Below the pieces are notes generated by a model. That model did not search any database, had not been told where the DNA came from, and worked only from the letters and a program-made list of their open reading frames with translations. The position numbers and the translations under genes were made by a program. This document shows positions 1 through 10,171 of a stretch of 64,000 bases of DNA, one piece after another; within the stretch, counting starts at the first letter, position 1; every line of letters starts with the position of its first letter. This DNA comes from an uncultured Methylomirabilota bacterium. Its GTDB lineage: Bacteria > Methylomirabilota > Methylomirabilia > Methylomirabilales > 2-02-FULL-66-22. The stretch is taken from assembly GCA_963705305.1 (NCBI GenBank), contig OY970067.1, positions 4,576,001-4,640,000 of the forward strand, in the 5' to 3' direction.

Positions 1-365
1 AACACCTCGGCGATGCTGCGCATGGAGAGGAACTCAGCCGACAAACCGAATCGTTCCATGGCGGCCAGGTGCGCAAAGGTGGCGCGGGGGCCGAGGTAGG
101 CCACCCGCAGCGGATGCTCCAGCGAGAGGCAGGCGGAGATGACCTCCCGGAAGACCCGCCGGACGGCCCCGGCAGGGAACGGCCCGGCATGCTCTGCCTC
201 CAGCCGCGTGTAGATCTCCTCCTCGCGCTGGGGGACATGGTAGTCGAGGTTCTGTTCCGTCTTCAGCCGGCCCACCTCCAGGACCAGGGCCGCCCGACGG
301 TTCAGCAGCTGCAGCAACTCGGAGTCAATGACATCAATCTGTGCGCGGAACTCTGGAATCTGCAT
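1..365 (-). CDS. pheA: Chorismate mutase/prephenate dehydratase (P-protein), 3' end runs off window
   Basis: Not in ORF track. Manual translation from ATG at 365: MQIPEFRAQIDVIDSELLQLLNRRAALVLEVGRLK...VFREVISACLSLEHPLRVAYLGPRATFAHLAA, i.e. AroQ CM domain followed by the PDT start motif VAYLGP. Confidence 0.93.
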   Translation of the reverse strand, partial: MQIPEFRAQIDVIDSELLQLLNRRAALVLEVGRLKTEQNLDYHVPQREEEIYTRLEAEHAGPFPAGAVRRVFREVISACLSLEHPLRVAYLGPRATFAHLAAMERFGLSAEFLSMRSIAEV

Positions 366-419
366 CCGTGTCCTCGCCCGTGGCGTTCGCCGTGATGATA
401 CCGGGGTGGCCCGGGGGGA

Positions 420-1343
420 TCAAGGCCTTTCTCTGCGGAGATTCTCTCGCAGCCGCTGGAGCGCCGCCTGTTCTGCGGGTGCTAGCGGGCGCCAGTGGCC
501 GCGAGGCAGGGACCCCAGGGCCAGCGGCCCCACGGCGACCCGGACCAGCTTCAAGACCGGGTGGCCGATGGCGTCGCACATTCGCCGGACGTGGCGATAG
601 CGCCCCTGCTCGATGGTAATGGCGACCCAGCTGTTCTGCCGGGTCGGGCTCAGAACCTCCACCCGGGTGGCCGCCAGGCGCTCCTCGTCGCACACGACTC
701 CGTGCAGCAGCCGTGCAAGGCTTTCCGCGTCCGGATGCCCCTTCAGCTTGGCGTGGTAGACCTTCGGAACCCCATGGCGGGGATGGGTCAAGAGGTTGGC
801 CAACTCGCCGTCGTTGGTGAGGAGGAGCAGACCTTCCGTGTCCCAATCCAGGCGACCGACCGGAAAGAGCCGCGGCAGGCCCGCCGGCGGCAGCAGCGAC
901 AGCACCACCGGGCGGCCTTGAGGATCGGAGCGGGAGGTGATGTATCCGACGGGCTTGTGCAGGAGGATGGTCATAGGCGCTTCGGGCCGGACCGTCTCCC
1001 CGTCCACCTGGACGCGATCCACTCCCGGGACGATGCGGATGCCGGGCGTCCGCGCCGCCCGACCATTCACGTGGACGCGACCCGCCGCCATCAGCGCCTC
1101 GCACTGGCGGCGGGAAGCAATCCCCGCTCGCGCCAGAAACTTCTGCAGGCGCTCTCCCTGTTCTGGCGGCCGGCGGGAGCCCCCGCCGCCCGCCGCCGGG
1201 GGACCCGCCGCCATGGCGGGGCGGCGGGCGGCGCGGAGCGCGGACCTGCCGGCGCTCTGTCCCACCAGCGGTCTCCTTTCACCGCCCGCCGTCCGACGCC
1301 GGGCGGGCGACGAGGGGCGAGACCTACGGCGCGTCTCCGCCAT
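420..1343 (-). CDS. rluB: rRNA pseudouridine synthase (RluB/RsuA family) with S4 domain
   Basis: ERLQKFLARAGIASRR (S4), LLHKPVGY, VGRLDWDTEGLLLLTNDG, GRYRHVRRM. Start uncertain (1343 or 1214). Follows scpB. Confidence 0.9.
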   Translation of the reverse strand: MAETRRRSRPSSPARRRTAGGERRPLVGQSAGRSALRAARRPAMAAGPPAAGGGGSRRPPEQGERLQKFLARAGIASRRQCEALMAAGRVHVNGRAARTPGIRIVPGVDRVQVDGETVRPEAPMTILLHKPVGYITSRSDPQGRPVVLSLLPPAGLPRLFPVGRLDWDTEGLLLLTNDGELANLLTHPRHGVPKVYHAKLKGHPDAESLARLLHGVVCDEERLAATRVEVLSPTRQNSWVAITIEQGRYRHVRRMCDAIGHPVLKLVRVAVGPLALGSLPRGHWRPLAPAEQAALQRLRENLRRERP

Positions 1344-1995
1344 CCTCACCCTCGTGCGCGACGCCGGCCGGTGCCGGTGCGATACCCTCGGGGGTTCCGG
1401 GAGTCGCGGGCTCTTGGGCGGCCCCCGGTGCGCCCTCGGCCGATCCGACCAGCTCGTTGATCTCCCGCAGTGTGGGTAGATCCCCCAAATCCCGGAGGCC
1501 AAAGTGCTCAAGGAAGGCCGCACTCGTGCCGTACACGATGGGGCGCCCCGCCTCGGCCTTCCGTCCCAATATGCGGATCAGCTCCCGCTCCAGGAGCGTG
1601 TGGAGCACCCCGTCCACGGCCACACCGCGGATCGTCTCGATCTCCGCCTTGGTGATGGGTTGGCGATAGGCGATGATGGCCAGGGTCTCGACCGCAGGCC
1701 GGCTCAGCCGTGCCGGTCTGACTTGCTGCAGCTTTTGGACCCAGAGATGGACCTCGGGTCGCGTGGCCAGACAAAAGCCCCCCGCCACTTCCTGGACCAT
1801 AAGCCCCCGGCCCTCCGCCTCCATGGCCAAGGCCAGGGCGCGGACCGAGGCCTCCGTGGCCGCGCTGTCATCATCCCCCAGGACCTCCTGGAGTTTGGCC
1901 AGCGGCAGGGGGTCATCCGTGACAAAGAGAACGGCCTCCAGGGCAGCCAGTTGCTCGCGCTCCACGTTCACCCGTCTCTCCTTGCGCTGCGGCAA
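1324..1995 (-). CDS. scpB: SMC-Scp complex subunit ScpB
   Basis: LEAVLFV, LSRPAVETLAIIAYRQPITKAEIETIRGV, GRPIVYGTS..FLEHFGL. Confidence 0.95.
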   Translation of the reverse strand: MPQRKERRVNVEREQLAALEAVLFVTDDPLPLAKLQEVLGDDDSAATEASVRALALAMEAEGRGLMVQEVAGGFCLATRPEVHLWVQKLQQVRPARLSRPAVETLAIIAYRQPITKAEIETIRGVAVDGVLHTLLERELIRILGRKAEAGRPIVYGTSAAFLEHFGLRDLGDLPTLREINELVGSAEGAPGAAQEPATPGTPEGIAPAPAGVAHEGEDGGDAP

Positions 1996-2046
1996 GGCCG
2001 TGGGCCACCACGCCCGCCTGCGCGCCCAGCCCGGTCCGCGTACCGG

Positions 2047-2811
2047 CTACTCTTCCGCCCCCGCGACCGGAGCAGAGCCCCCGGCGAGATTCGCCTCGAC
2101 GCGCTCCATGGTGCGGTAGATCATGATGGGTCCGGTCGGTTCGGCCTGCCGGGCGGTGGCCAGACGCCGAGCCAAGAGCTCCAAGAGGGCCAGAAACGTC
2201 ACGATGATCTCCGCCCGCCGGGTCGCGCTGCCGAACAGGCGGTGGAACTCCAGAGGGCTCTCCTCGGCCAACCGGTCCAGCAGGAGAACCACCCGCTGCC
2301 CCACGTTGAGCTCCTCCGGCGAGATCTCCAGCGGACCGGGAATTTCCGCCCGCTTGAGGACATCCTGGAACGCCTTGATCAGTTCGAACAGCGAGATCTC
2401 CAGCGGCCCTTCCACTTCCAGGTCGATGGCCGGGCCGCTCCGCCGATGCAGCAGCTGCTGCTCGGCCTCCAGCACGCCGAGGGTCTGCGCGGCCTCCTTG
2501 TAGCGTTTGTACTCCAGGAGGCGGCTCACCAGTTCGGCGCGCGGGTCCGGCTCCTCGCCTGCCTCTTCCTCGCCCGTCTGGTCGGGGGGCAAGAGCATCT
2601 TGGATTTGATGTGGATCAAGGTGGCCGCCATGACCAGGAATTCCCCGGCCACGTCCAGGTCGAGGTCCTGCATGAGGGTCAGGTAGCGGAGGTACTCCTC
2701 GGTGATTTCCGCGATGGGAATGTCCAGAATGTCGAGCTGGCGCTCCCGGATCAGGTGGAGCAGGAGATCTAGGGGTCCCTCGAACATCTCGAGCTTGACC
2801 TGGTAGCTCAT
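2047..2811 (-). CDS. scpA: Segregation and condensation protein ScpA
   Basis: [50 protein letters not shown]. True start ATG at 2811. Confidence 0.95.
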   Translation of the reverse strand: MSYQVKLEMFEGPLDLLLHLIRERQLDILDIPIAEITEEYLRYLTLMQDLDLDVAGEFLVMAATLIHIKSKMLLPPDQTGEEEAGEEPDPRAELVSRLLEYKRYKEAAQTLGVLEAEQQLLHRRSGPAIDLEVEGPLEISLFELIKAFQDVLKRAEIPGPLEISPEELNVGQRVVLLLDRLAEESPLEFHRLFGSATRRAEIIVTFLALLELLARRLATARQAEPTGPIMIYRTMERVEANLAGGSAPVAGAEE

Positions 2812-3296
2812 GGAGCCTCCCCCAACCGGAGCAGCGGCCGGATCCGCTCCCATCGCTTCGGTCCGATGCCGGGAACTTGGAGCAGCTCCTCGATGCGTCG
2901 GAAAGGCCCGTGCACCTCCCGATACGCCACCACCCGCCGCGCGAGACCCGGCCCCACCCCGGGCAGGCCTTGGAGCGCCGTGGCATCCGCCCGGTTGAGA
3001 TCCAATTGCGATCGGCGATGTTCCGGAGGCGTGAGCTTCGCCGCCCGCAGAGGAGCCTCCGCCCGACCGAGGCGATCTGCCGCCGGCCACGGTGGCCCCT
3101 CCGCGTCGAGCGGCCCGGCCCGCAGGGGCGGGGGGGGCGTGCGCGCCGCGTCCGTGAGAAACACAGCAGGATCCCCGCTGCTCCAGGATGCCGCTGTCCC
3201 GGCCGCCAGCAGGGCGGCCAGCAGGATCACCGCCGCCCCCGAACTGTCAAGACCCGCCGTCCGAGCAGCATCCCCGCCACTCGAATCTGCCCTCAC
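2808..3296 (-). CDS. comEA: ComEA-family helix-hairpin-helix DNA-binding protein
   Basis: N-terminal hydrophobic segment; [35 protein letters not shown]...VPGIG. Overlaps the ends of both neighbouring genes by 4 nt. Confidence 0.85.
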   Translation of the reverse strand: MRADSSGGDAARTAGLDSSGAAVILLAALLAAGTAASWSSGDPAVFLTDAARTPPPPLRAGPLDAEGPPWPAADRLGRAEAPLRAAKLTPPEHRRSQLDLNRADATALQGLPGVGPGLARRVVAYREVHGPFRRIEELLQVPGIGPKRWERIRPLLRLGEAP

Positions 3297-4531
3297 GCCG
3301 GCTCCTCGGTCACCGCTTGGCCTCCCAGGCCGAAGGCCTCGTGCAGAATCCGGACCGCCAGCTCGCAGTACTTCAGCTCGATGACGCAGGAGACCTTGAT
3401 CTCCGAGGTGCTGATCATCATCAGGTTGATCTTCTCTTTGCCCAGGCTCTCGAACATCCGCGCCGCCACGCCGGAGTGGGTCCGCATGCCCACCCCCACG
3501 ATGGACACCTTTGCGATCTTGTCGTCTCCCAGCACCTTGTCCGCGCCCATCTCTTTGGCCACGGCCGACACGATCTCCATGGCCCGTGCGTAGTCCGCTT
3601 TGGGCACCGTGAAGGAGATGTCGGTGGTGCCGTCCTGGCTGACGTTCTGGACAATCATATCGACCACAATATTCGCCTCGGCAACGCGCCCGAACAGCGC
3701 AGCCGCAATCCCGGGGCGATCGGCCACCCGGGTCACGGTGATCTTGGCCTCCTGTTTGCTGTACGCGATTCCCGAGACCACCACCTTCTCCATATCCGTA
3801 TCCTCCTTCACCACGAGTGTCCCCGGATTGTCATTGAAGCTCGAGCGGACGTGCACGGGGACGCCGTAGTTCTTGGCGTATTCCACCGACCGCGTCTGCA
3901 GCACTTTGGCCCCCAGGCTGGCCATCTCCAGCATCTCGTCGTACGAGATCCGCTCCAACTTTCGGGCCTCGGGAACGATATTCGGGTCCGTGGTGTAGAC
4001 CCCATCCACGTCCGTGAAGATCTCGCACACATCGGCCGAAAGGGCCGCCGCCATCGCCACCGCGGTGAGGTCGGACCCGCCCCGACCCAGCGTCGTGATC
4101 TCGTCCTCGGCGCTGACCCCCTGAAACCCGGCCACAATCGCGATCTCGCCGTCGGCGAGCGCCTGCCGCACCCGGTCCGCGGCAATGCTCACGATTCTGG
4201 CCTTCGTGTGCACGTCGTCCGTCTGGATCCGAACCTGCCCCCCGGTGAAGCTGCGGGAACGGCGACCGAGGGCCTGAATCGCCAACGACAGGAGCCCGAT
4301 GCTCACCTGTTCCCCGGTGGCCAGGATCACGTCCAGCTCGCGCTCGTTGGGTCGCCCCGCCACCTGCTGGGCCAGCCCGATGAGCCGGTCCGTCTCCCCG
4401 GCCATGGCCGAAACAACGACTACGACCTGGTTGCCGGCCGCTTGAGCCTGCGTGACGCGCCGCGCCACATTCTTGATGCGCTCCACATCCCCGACGGATG
4501 TCCCACCATACTTTTGGACGATGAGTGCCAT
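3293..4531 (-). CDS. lysC: Aspartate kinase
   Basis: [38 protein letters not shown], two C-terminal ACT domains. Confidence 0.97.
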   Translation of the reverse strand: MALIVQKYGGTSVGDVERIKNVARRVTQAQAAGNQVVVVVSAMAGETDRLIGLAQQVAGRPNERELDVILATGEQVSIGLLSLAIQALGRRSRSFTGGQVRIQTDDVHTKARIVSIAADRVRQALADGEIAIVAGFQGVSAEDEITTLGRGGSDLTAVAMAAALSADVCEIFTDVDGVYTTDPNIVPEARKLERISYDEMLEMASLGAKVLQTRSVEYAKNYGVPVHVRSSFNDNPGTLVVKEDTDMEKVVVSGIAYSKQEAKITVTRVADRPGIAAALFGRVAEANIVVDMIVQNVSQDGTTDISFTVPKADYARAMEIVSAVAKEMGADKVLGDDKIAKVSIVGVGMRTHSGVAARMFESLGKEKINLMMISTSEIKVSCVIELKYCELAVRILHEAFGLGGQAVTEEPA

Positions 4532-4598
4532 GTCACACCCCAATCAGCGGTTGACCGTGTCGTCGACCTTCCACTCGCCTGCGGTCGCCCTCCAGGCG

Positions 4599-5225
4599 TC
4601 AGGGCCTCCCAGCGGACGGCGGAGGCCCCGCAGGGATTCTTTCGCCAATCCTCCCCTCGGTCCCGCGCCACAGCCGCTGGATGTTCTCGCGATGCCGCAC
4701 CACAATCAAAAGCAGGAGGATCACCGCCAATCCGATCATCGCCGGACGCCCGTCCAACAGCCAGGCCAGGGGCGGCAGAGCGGCCGAGGCGGCCAGGGCG
4801 GCCAGAGACGAGTAGCGGCTCGCAGCCGCCACCGCGAGCCAGACGGCGACGAAGAGCCCCCCCACCGGGGGCATCGCGGCCAGGACGACTCCCAGTCCGG
4901 TCGCCACCCCTTTGCCGCCCCGGAATCCGGAGAAGACGGGAAACAGGTGTCCCAGGACCGCCGCCACGCCGATCGCCGCCAGGACGATCGCGGGCGCCCC
5001 CAACCACCGTCCTCCCCCGACCGCCAGGGCACCCTTCCCGACATCCCCCAGCAGCGTCAAGACCGCCGCCACCCTTCCCACCGCCCGCAGGACGTTGGTG
5101 GCGCCGATATTCCCGCTGCCCACGCGACGAACGTCCACCCCGCCGACGGCACGCGAGACCAGCACCCCGAATGGCAGGGACCCCAGGATGTACGCACCGG
5201 CCATCAACAGCAGATCCCCAAACAC
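4599..5225 (-). CDS. plsY: Glycerol-3-phosphate acyltransferase PlsY
   Basis: AYILGSLPFG, GSGNIGATN, GHLFPVFSGFRGGKGVAT, RHRENIQRL. Confidence 0.96.
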   Translation of the reverse strand: MFGDLLLMAGAYILGSLPFGVLVSRAVGGVDVRRVGSGNIGATNVLRAVGRVAAVLTLLGDVGKGALAVGGGRWLGAPAIVLAAIGVAAVLGHLFPVFSGFRGGKGVATGLGVVLAAMPPVGGLFVAVWLAVAAASRYSSLAALAASAALPPLAWLLDGRPAMIGLAVILLLLIVVRHRENIQRLWRGTEGRIGERIPAGPPPSAGRP

Positions 5226-5292
5226 ACTGACTCCGTTCCGGGAGAGCGTGCCGACGCGCGGCAGCCGTCCTGCCCGATCCCCGCCCCTCCCT

Positions 5293-5826
5293 TCATCTGC
5301 CCAGATCGATGCAGCGCCAGAACTTTTGGAAGTAGAGCACGCCGGATATCACGGACAGCAGTGCAGCAACCCCCAGGGCCGCCTGTCCCAAGGGGACGAA
5401 CACCGGTGACCAGGACAGGATCAGCAAGGCCACGGCAATCACCTCTGCGATCATCGTGGCCTTGCCAAAGTCGCTGGCCTGGATGATGACGTTCTGCGAC
5501 GCGGCAATGCCCCGCAGTCCCGTGATCGCCAGGTCCCGCCCCACGATCAAGACCACCAGCCAGGCCGGGGCCCGACCCACCTGGACCAGGGAGATCAGGC
5601 TCGCGGAGATCAGCAGCTTGTCCGCAATGGGATCCAACAGCTTCCCGAGCGTCGTGACCTGGCGCGTGCTTCGCGCGATCCGACCGTCGAGCCAATCGGT
5701 GAGGACGGCCGCGAGAAACACCACTGCAGCCGTCAGGTTGTACGGCCGCGGCACGGCAATGAGGAACACGACCAGAACGGGAACCAGGAAGATCCGGACG
5801 AGACTCAAGGCATTGGGAAGGTTCAC
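5293..5826 (-). CDS. pgsA: CDP-diacylglycerol--glycerol-3-phosphate 3-phosphatidyltransferase
   Basis: NLPNALSLVR and the CDP-alcohol phosphotransferase motif TDWLDGRIAR...GKLLDPIADK. Confidence 0.93.
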   Translation of the reverse strand: MNLPNALSLVRIFLVPVLVVFLIAVPRPYNLTAAVVFLAAVLTDWLDGRIARSTRQVTTLGKLLDPIADKLLISASLISLVQVGRAPAWLVVLIVGRDLAITGLRGIAASQNVIIQASDFGKATMIAEVIAVALLILSWSPVFVPLGQAALGVAALLSVISGVLYFQKFWRCIDLGR

Positions 5827-5844
5827 GCCACCCTCGCGGCTCGC

Positions 5845-6660
5845 TTATCCCACCACGCCGAGATCCCGGACCACGTCCTTCAAGAGCTCGACATCCGGTT
5901 TTTCCCTCTTCCGCAGATACCCCTCGAGCAGCACATTGTCGCAAATGGTGTTAATCAGCCGGGGAATGCCCCGAGAATCCACGGCGATCTGATTCAAAAC
6001 CGGCTCCGAAAAGATCTCATGGGTGGCCCCGGCGACTTTGAGCCGATGACGGATGTAGGCTTTGGTGGAGTCCGGAGTGAGTGAGGTCAGGCGGCACTTC
6101 ACGGCGACGCGCTGCACCAGAGGGGGATCCAGCGCCAGATTCGTTTCCAGGTTGGGGAGACCGAACAGGATGAAGGTGATGAGCTTACTGCCGGGAACCT
6201 CCAAGTTCAGGAACCCTCGCAGCTCTTCCATCAGCCCTTGCTGCTGCAGCATGTTGGCCTCATCGATGAGAACCACCGCCTTCTTCCCGGCCTGATGCAG
6301 CTCCATGAGCCGCTGGTAGATCTGGGTGAGGATGGCGACTTTCTCTTCCACCGCGTGTTCCACACCGATCTGGGAAGCGATCCGGCGCAGAAGCCATTCC
6401 GCCGAAATCGACGAATGGATGATGACGAGCAGCGCAGACTCGTACTGCTCGTCCTCGAGGTGATCCAGCATGCGTCGGGCCAGGGTGGTCTTCCCGGTCC
6501 CCACATCCCCGATCACGACCGCCAACCCCTTCATGGTGTTGACGGCATGCATGAGTCGGGCCAGCACCTCCGCGTGCTGATCCACCTCGAAGAAGAAGCG
6601 CGCGTCTGGGGTGTTCGAAAACGGCTGCTCCCGAAGCTGGTAGAATTGTTCGTAGCTCAT
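5845..6660 (-). CDS. ExeA/GspA-family AAA ATPase
   Basis: YEQFYQLREQPFSNTPD, Walker A GDVGTGKT, Walker B LIDEA, YIRHRL, GIPRLINTICD. Confidence 0.88.
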   Translation of the reverse strand: MSYEQFYQLREQPFSNTPDARFFFEVDQHAEVLARLMHAVNTMKGLAVVIGDVGTGKTTLARRMLDHLEDEQYESALLVIIHSSISAEWLLRRIASQIGVEHAVEEKVAILTQIYQRLMELHQAGKKAVVLIDEANMLQQQGLMEELRGFLNLEVPGSKLITFILFGLPNLETNLALDPPLVQRVAVKCRLTSLTPDSTKAYIRHRLKVAGATHEIFSEPVLNQIAVDSRGIPRLINTICDNVLLEGYLRKREKPDVELLKDVVRDLGVVG

Positions 6661-6681
6661 GGCGGTCCTATCGAGATGGCG

Positions 6682-9600
6682 TCAGATGAAGGAGATCTTC
6701 TTCTTTCTCTCGGCCGGTCGCGGCCCCTCTGTTTTCGGGGGCCGGGGGGTGGCGGCTGGAGGCGGGGGCACGGAGGCCGGCGGGGTCGGCCGCCTGCGGG
6801 GCACCCGCGCTTGCAGGGCCTGCACCCGCACCTGGACATCTTTGAATCGGGGATCCTCCCGCTGTACGGTCTCAAATTGCGCCAACGCGCGTTCCATGTC
6901 TCCTTGGGATTCATAGGCGAGACCAAGATCATACCGCAGGCTGTGGTACGCCCCCCGCGGCTGTCCCTCGATCTTCAAGCCGGCGATCAGCTCCTGGACC
7001 GCCTGGCCGGCCTGCCCCTTGGCGAGGAAGCATATCCCGAGGAGATCCGCGCATTCCAGGGCCCGCTTGGCATCTCGCGCCGCCAGACGGAACTCCTGAA
7101 TCGCTTCGTCAAACAGCTCCATTTCCTTGTAGGCAATGCCCAGGTTGTAATGGGTCTCGAAGTCCTTTTCGTCCAGCTGCTCGCGGACTCCCTTCTGAAA
7201 TTCCCGGAGGAGTCCGTCCACCAGGGGGCCCCCGGTGCGCGGAGCCGCCTCATGCTCCTCCGCCGCCAGCTCCTCCTCCAGCTGCGCCCCGAGGTTGACA
7301 AACCCGCCTCCCTCCCCTCGCGAGTCGGCCACCGTAAACTTGGGGACCACTTTTTCCATGGACGCGTCGGAGTCCACGGAGCGGGGCTGCGGACCCGCAG
7401 GCGCTCCCCGCCCGGCCAACGGGCCGGTCACGCCCGGGCGCCCGGCGAATGTCTTGGCGTCAGGCGAGGGGGGCGGCGCGCTCTCGGCGGCCGGGGGGGT
7501 CCGCGGCCCCTCAGCGGGCGGCGCAGATGTCCCCGGAGCCAGCTTACCGGCCAGCTTGACGACGGCGGAATGCCGCGAGTCCCTCGCTTGCATGCGCCGA
7601 TAGACTTCGCGTGCCTCGTCTGCCATTCCTTGCGACAGGTAAAATTCGGCCTCCGACAGATCATCGGCCATCGCCTGCTCGAGGCCCACTCCCTCGCCTT
7701 CCACCATGAGAATCGGGCTCTCCTCCGGCTCTTCCAGGAGCGACCGCAGCTCGATGGGAAGCCCCTCCTCATCAGGAGCCACAACGGCCTCGCCCTGCGG
7801 ACCACCCTCCAGGAGCGAAGGCTCCGGCGCGGAAGGGGCCGCCCCAGGCGACCCAGCATCCGCCCCCTGGGCCGGCTCGAGCGCCCACTCCAGAGGCACC
7901 CCTTCGAGTGTCCCGCTGTCCTCCGGAGTCTTCGCCGAGGGCGGAGCCGCAGCCTCCTTGAGCGCCCGCAGTTCGATCGTCGCGCTCCGCGATGTCGGCA
8001 GTGTCGCCGTCGATGCCGAGCCTGCCCCGCTCTCCAAGTCGACGAGGAGTTCCCGCAGCTCCCGGTAATTCGGAGCCAGCTCCAATCCTTCTCGCACCTC
8101 GCGAAGGGCCGCCTCTCGGCGATTCCGCCGACCCAAGATGCGGGCGATGGCCAGAATCTCGGCACAAGCCTCGGCATCCTGGTGGCGGTCGCGGTAGATG
8201 GCTTTCAACCGGCGCCGAGCCCCCAGGTTTTCAGGAGCCGACCGCTTCACTTCCAGCAGCCGCTCTCGAGCCTTTTCCTCGAGCCCGTACTTCAGGTACA
8301 CCTCGGCTTCGGCCAGCTTTTCGGCGATGTGACCGGGCGGCTCTTCCTCGTCCGCCAGCTCGGGGGAGCCCAGGAGGGGATTTTCCGCCTCCGCCTCGAC
8401 TGGAGGGCCGGCGAACTCCGCCGGCAGCGGCAAGGCTCCACCTGCCGGTTCGTCCATCGGGAACTGCATACCGGCCAACTGGTGCGGGTCGGTCAAACCG
8501 GACCGCTCGCCGCGGCGGTCGCCTTCCGGAAATGTCAGCAGATCCAGGCCGCCCTCCGCCTCCACCGTGGGCGCCTCTTCATCCGTCAGCCAGCCCAGAT
8601 CTTGTGCGGCATCCTTCGGGGATTCCAAGAGCGACGCCGGCTCTTCCCCCTCCGGAGACAGGAGAATCGCCTGCGGCTCGCCTATTCCATCGTCTTCCTC
8701 CGCATCCAGCTGGAAGAACGGCTCTTCTCCTGGGGGCGGCGCCGGCTTGGTCTTCAGTTGCACGGGCTCTTCGTCCAGTTGGAATACCGGGGCTTGCTCG
8801 GCCTCCTCCGCCAGGGGTTCCAGCGGAATGATCTCGGCCTCTTCCTTCGGCCCCTGCAGCGATTCCAGCCGTGCGCGAACCTCGGCATCCTCTGGAAAGC
8901 GCTCTGCAATCTGGCGGTAGACCTGAAGCGCCTCTTCGGCCTCCCCCGCCTCCTCCTGGGCCTTGGCCTGGTCCCAAAGGGCGGCGTGCGCCTCCTCCTC
9001 GCGCCCCAGACTCAACAGCACTGTCGCCAGGTCCGCGTGGAGGCTCGCCTGCTGGGGTGCCGCCGCGGCCAGATCCCGCAGAAAGGCCACGGCGGCATCG
9101 GGGTCGTTCTGAGCGAGCTGCTCGGCGGTCGTTCGACGCGACAGGGCCAGCGCCTCGTCGCCCCGACCGATGCGGAAAAGACTCACGGCCAGCGGGCCGG
9201 CGATTTCGGATTCGGGCACGCCCAACGAGACGGCCCGCTGCAAAGCCGACGCTGCTTTGTCCGATGCCCCCTGCAGCCCGTAGGCCTCACCCAGCATGCG
9301 CCAGGCGCTGGCGTTATCGGTGTCTGCCCCGGTGACCTGTTGCAGCGCCTCGATCGCCTCGGCGGCCTTCCCTTCGCGCAGCAGCATCTCGCCCAGCCCC
9401 AAATTCGACTCGGGCGATGGAGGCTGAAGTTCCCGGGCCTTCTGGAGAAGCCGCCGGCTCTCGGCCTCTTGACCGGCCGTCTGGGCTGCCTGGGCCGCCC
9501 GCTCGTACTCGGCAGCGGCCGCATCCCGCATGCCCTCTTTCAGCATGAGGTCGCCCAGCTTCTTGACCAGCACGTAGTTGCCGGGATCCAACTGCGCCAG

Positions 9601-10014
9601 ATGCTGGTAGGTCTCGACCACTTTCGCCGTGTCGCCAGCCTTGGCATAATGCTCGGCCACGGTGGCCAGTTGAACCTTGGCTTCACCCACCAGGCCTTGC
9701 TCGAGATAGAGGTCGGCACAGGCCGTGTAGGCCGCGGTGCGATTAGGGTCAAGCTTGGCGATCTTCTTGTAGACTGCAATGGCCTTCACCGAGAGGCCAT
9801 CGGCCCGATAGAGCTCACCCAGCTTCAGGTATTGGTCGATCGCCTCGGCGGTCTTCCCCGCCCGGGCGTACAGGTCGCCCAGGTTGTTGCAGACAGTCAG
9901 GTCCCGCGGATCGGCCTTAAGGATGGCCTGATACTCGGTGATCGCCTTATCCCACTTTCCCTGCTGGGTGTACGTGAGGGCGTTTTGCAGGGCTTTTCGC
10001 TTGTCGAACGCCAT
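6682..10014 (-). CDS. Large tetratricopeptide-repeat protein, SgmX-like
   Basis: N-terminal TPR array, acidic/Pro-rich linker, C-terminal TPRs (ETHYNLGIAYKEM), basic-hydrophobic tail KKKISFI; upstream of an ExeA ATPase. Confidence 0.75.
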   Translation of the reverse strand: MAFDKRKALQNALTYTQQGKWDKAITEYQAILKADPRDLTVCNNLGDLYARAGKTAEAIDQYLKLGELYRADGLSVKAIAVYKKIAKLDPNRTAAYTACADLYLEQGLVGEAKVQLATVAEHYAKAGDTAKVVETYQHLAQLDPGNYVLVKKLGDLMLKEGMRDAAAAEYERAAQAAQTAGQEAESRRLLQKARELQPPSPESNLGLGEMLLREGKAAEAIEALQQVTGADTDNASAWRMLGEAYGLQGASDKAASALQRAVSLGVPESEIAGPLAVSLFRIGRGDEALALSRRTTAEQLAQNDPDAAVAFLRDLAAAAPQQASLHADLATVLLSLGREEEAHAALWDQAKAQEEAGEAEEALQVYRQIAERFPEDAEVRARLESLQGPKEEAEIIPLEPLAEEAEQAPVFQLDEEPVQLKTKPAPPPGEEPFFQLDAEEDDGIGEPQAILLSPEGEEPASLLESPKDAAQDLGWLTDEEAPTVEAEGGLDLLTFPEGDRRGERSGLTDPHQLAGMQFPMDEPAGGALPLPAEFAGPPVEAEAENPLLGSPELADEEEPPGHIAEKLAEAEVYLKYGLEEKARERLLEVKRSAPENLGARRRLKAIYRDRHQDAEACAEILAIARILGRRNRREAALREVREGLELAPNYRELRELLVDLESGAGSASTATLPTSRSATIELRALKEAAAPPSAKTPEDSGTLEGVPLEWALEPAQGADAGSPGAAPSAPEPSLLEGGPQGEAVVAPDEEGLPIELRSLLEEPEESPILMVEGEGVGLEQAMADDLSEAEFYLSQGMADEAREVYRRMQARDSRHSAVVKLAGKLAPGTSAPPAEGPRTPPAAESAPPPSPDAKTFAGRPGVTGPLAGRGAPAGPQPRSVDSDASMEKVVPKFTVADSRGEGGGFVNLGAQLEEELAAEEHEAAPRTGGPLVDGLLREFQKGVREQLDEKDFETHYNLGIAYKEMELFDEAIQEFRLAARDAKRALECADLLGICFLAKGQAGQAVQELIAGLKIEGQPRGAYHSLRYDLGLAYESQGDMERALAQFETVQREDPRFKDVQVRVQALQARVPRRRPTPPASVPPPPAATPRPPKTEGPRPAERKKKISFI

Positions 10015-10053
10015 TTGTAGGAGACCTCGTTTAGCGAGGAAAAATGACAGCTT

Positions 10054-10082
10054 AAGCTATCAGACGCTCCCGAGGGTGTCAA
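10054..10082 (-). promoter_or_regulatory. Putative sigma70 promoter of the TPR gene
   Basis: Minus strand TTGACA-17 nt-TAGCTT, about 40 nt upstream of the ATG at 10014. Confidence 0.55.
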
Positions 10083-10171
10083 GGGCGTTGCCAGCCCTCA
10101 TATTCGCCTGCACGCTGCCTCGCACCTGCTCTTCCGCCGCCCGGAGCCTTCCGACCGGTCGGGAGCCCTGC

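Noticed and set aside
6238..10020. 1260-aa plus-strand ORF and other long antisense ORFs (e.g. 3188-5230, 46554-48515, 50079-51728, 61814-63499)
   Set aside because: Shadow frames of well-supported genes on the opposite strand, expected at high GC; no recognisable motifs.
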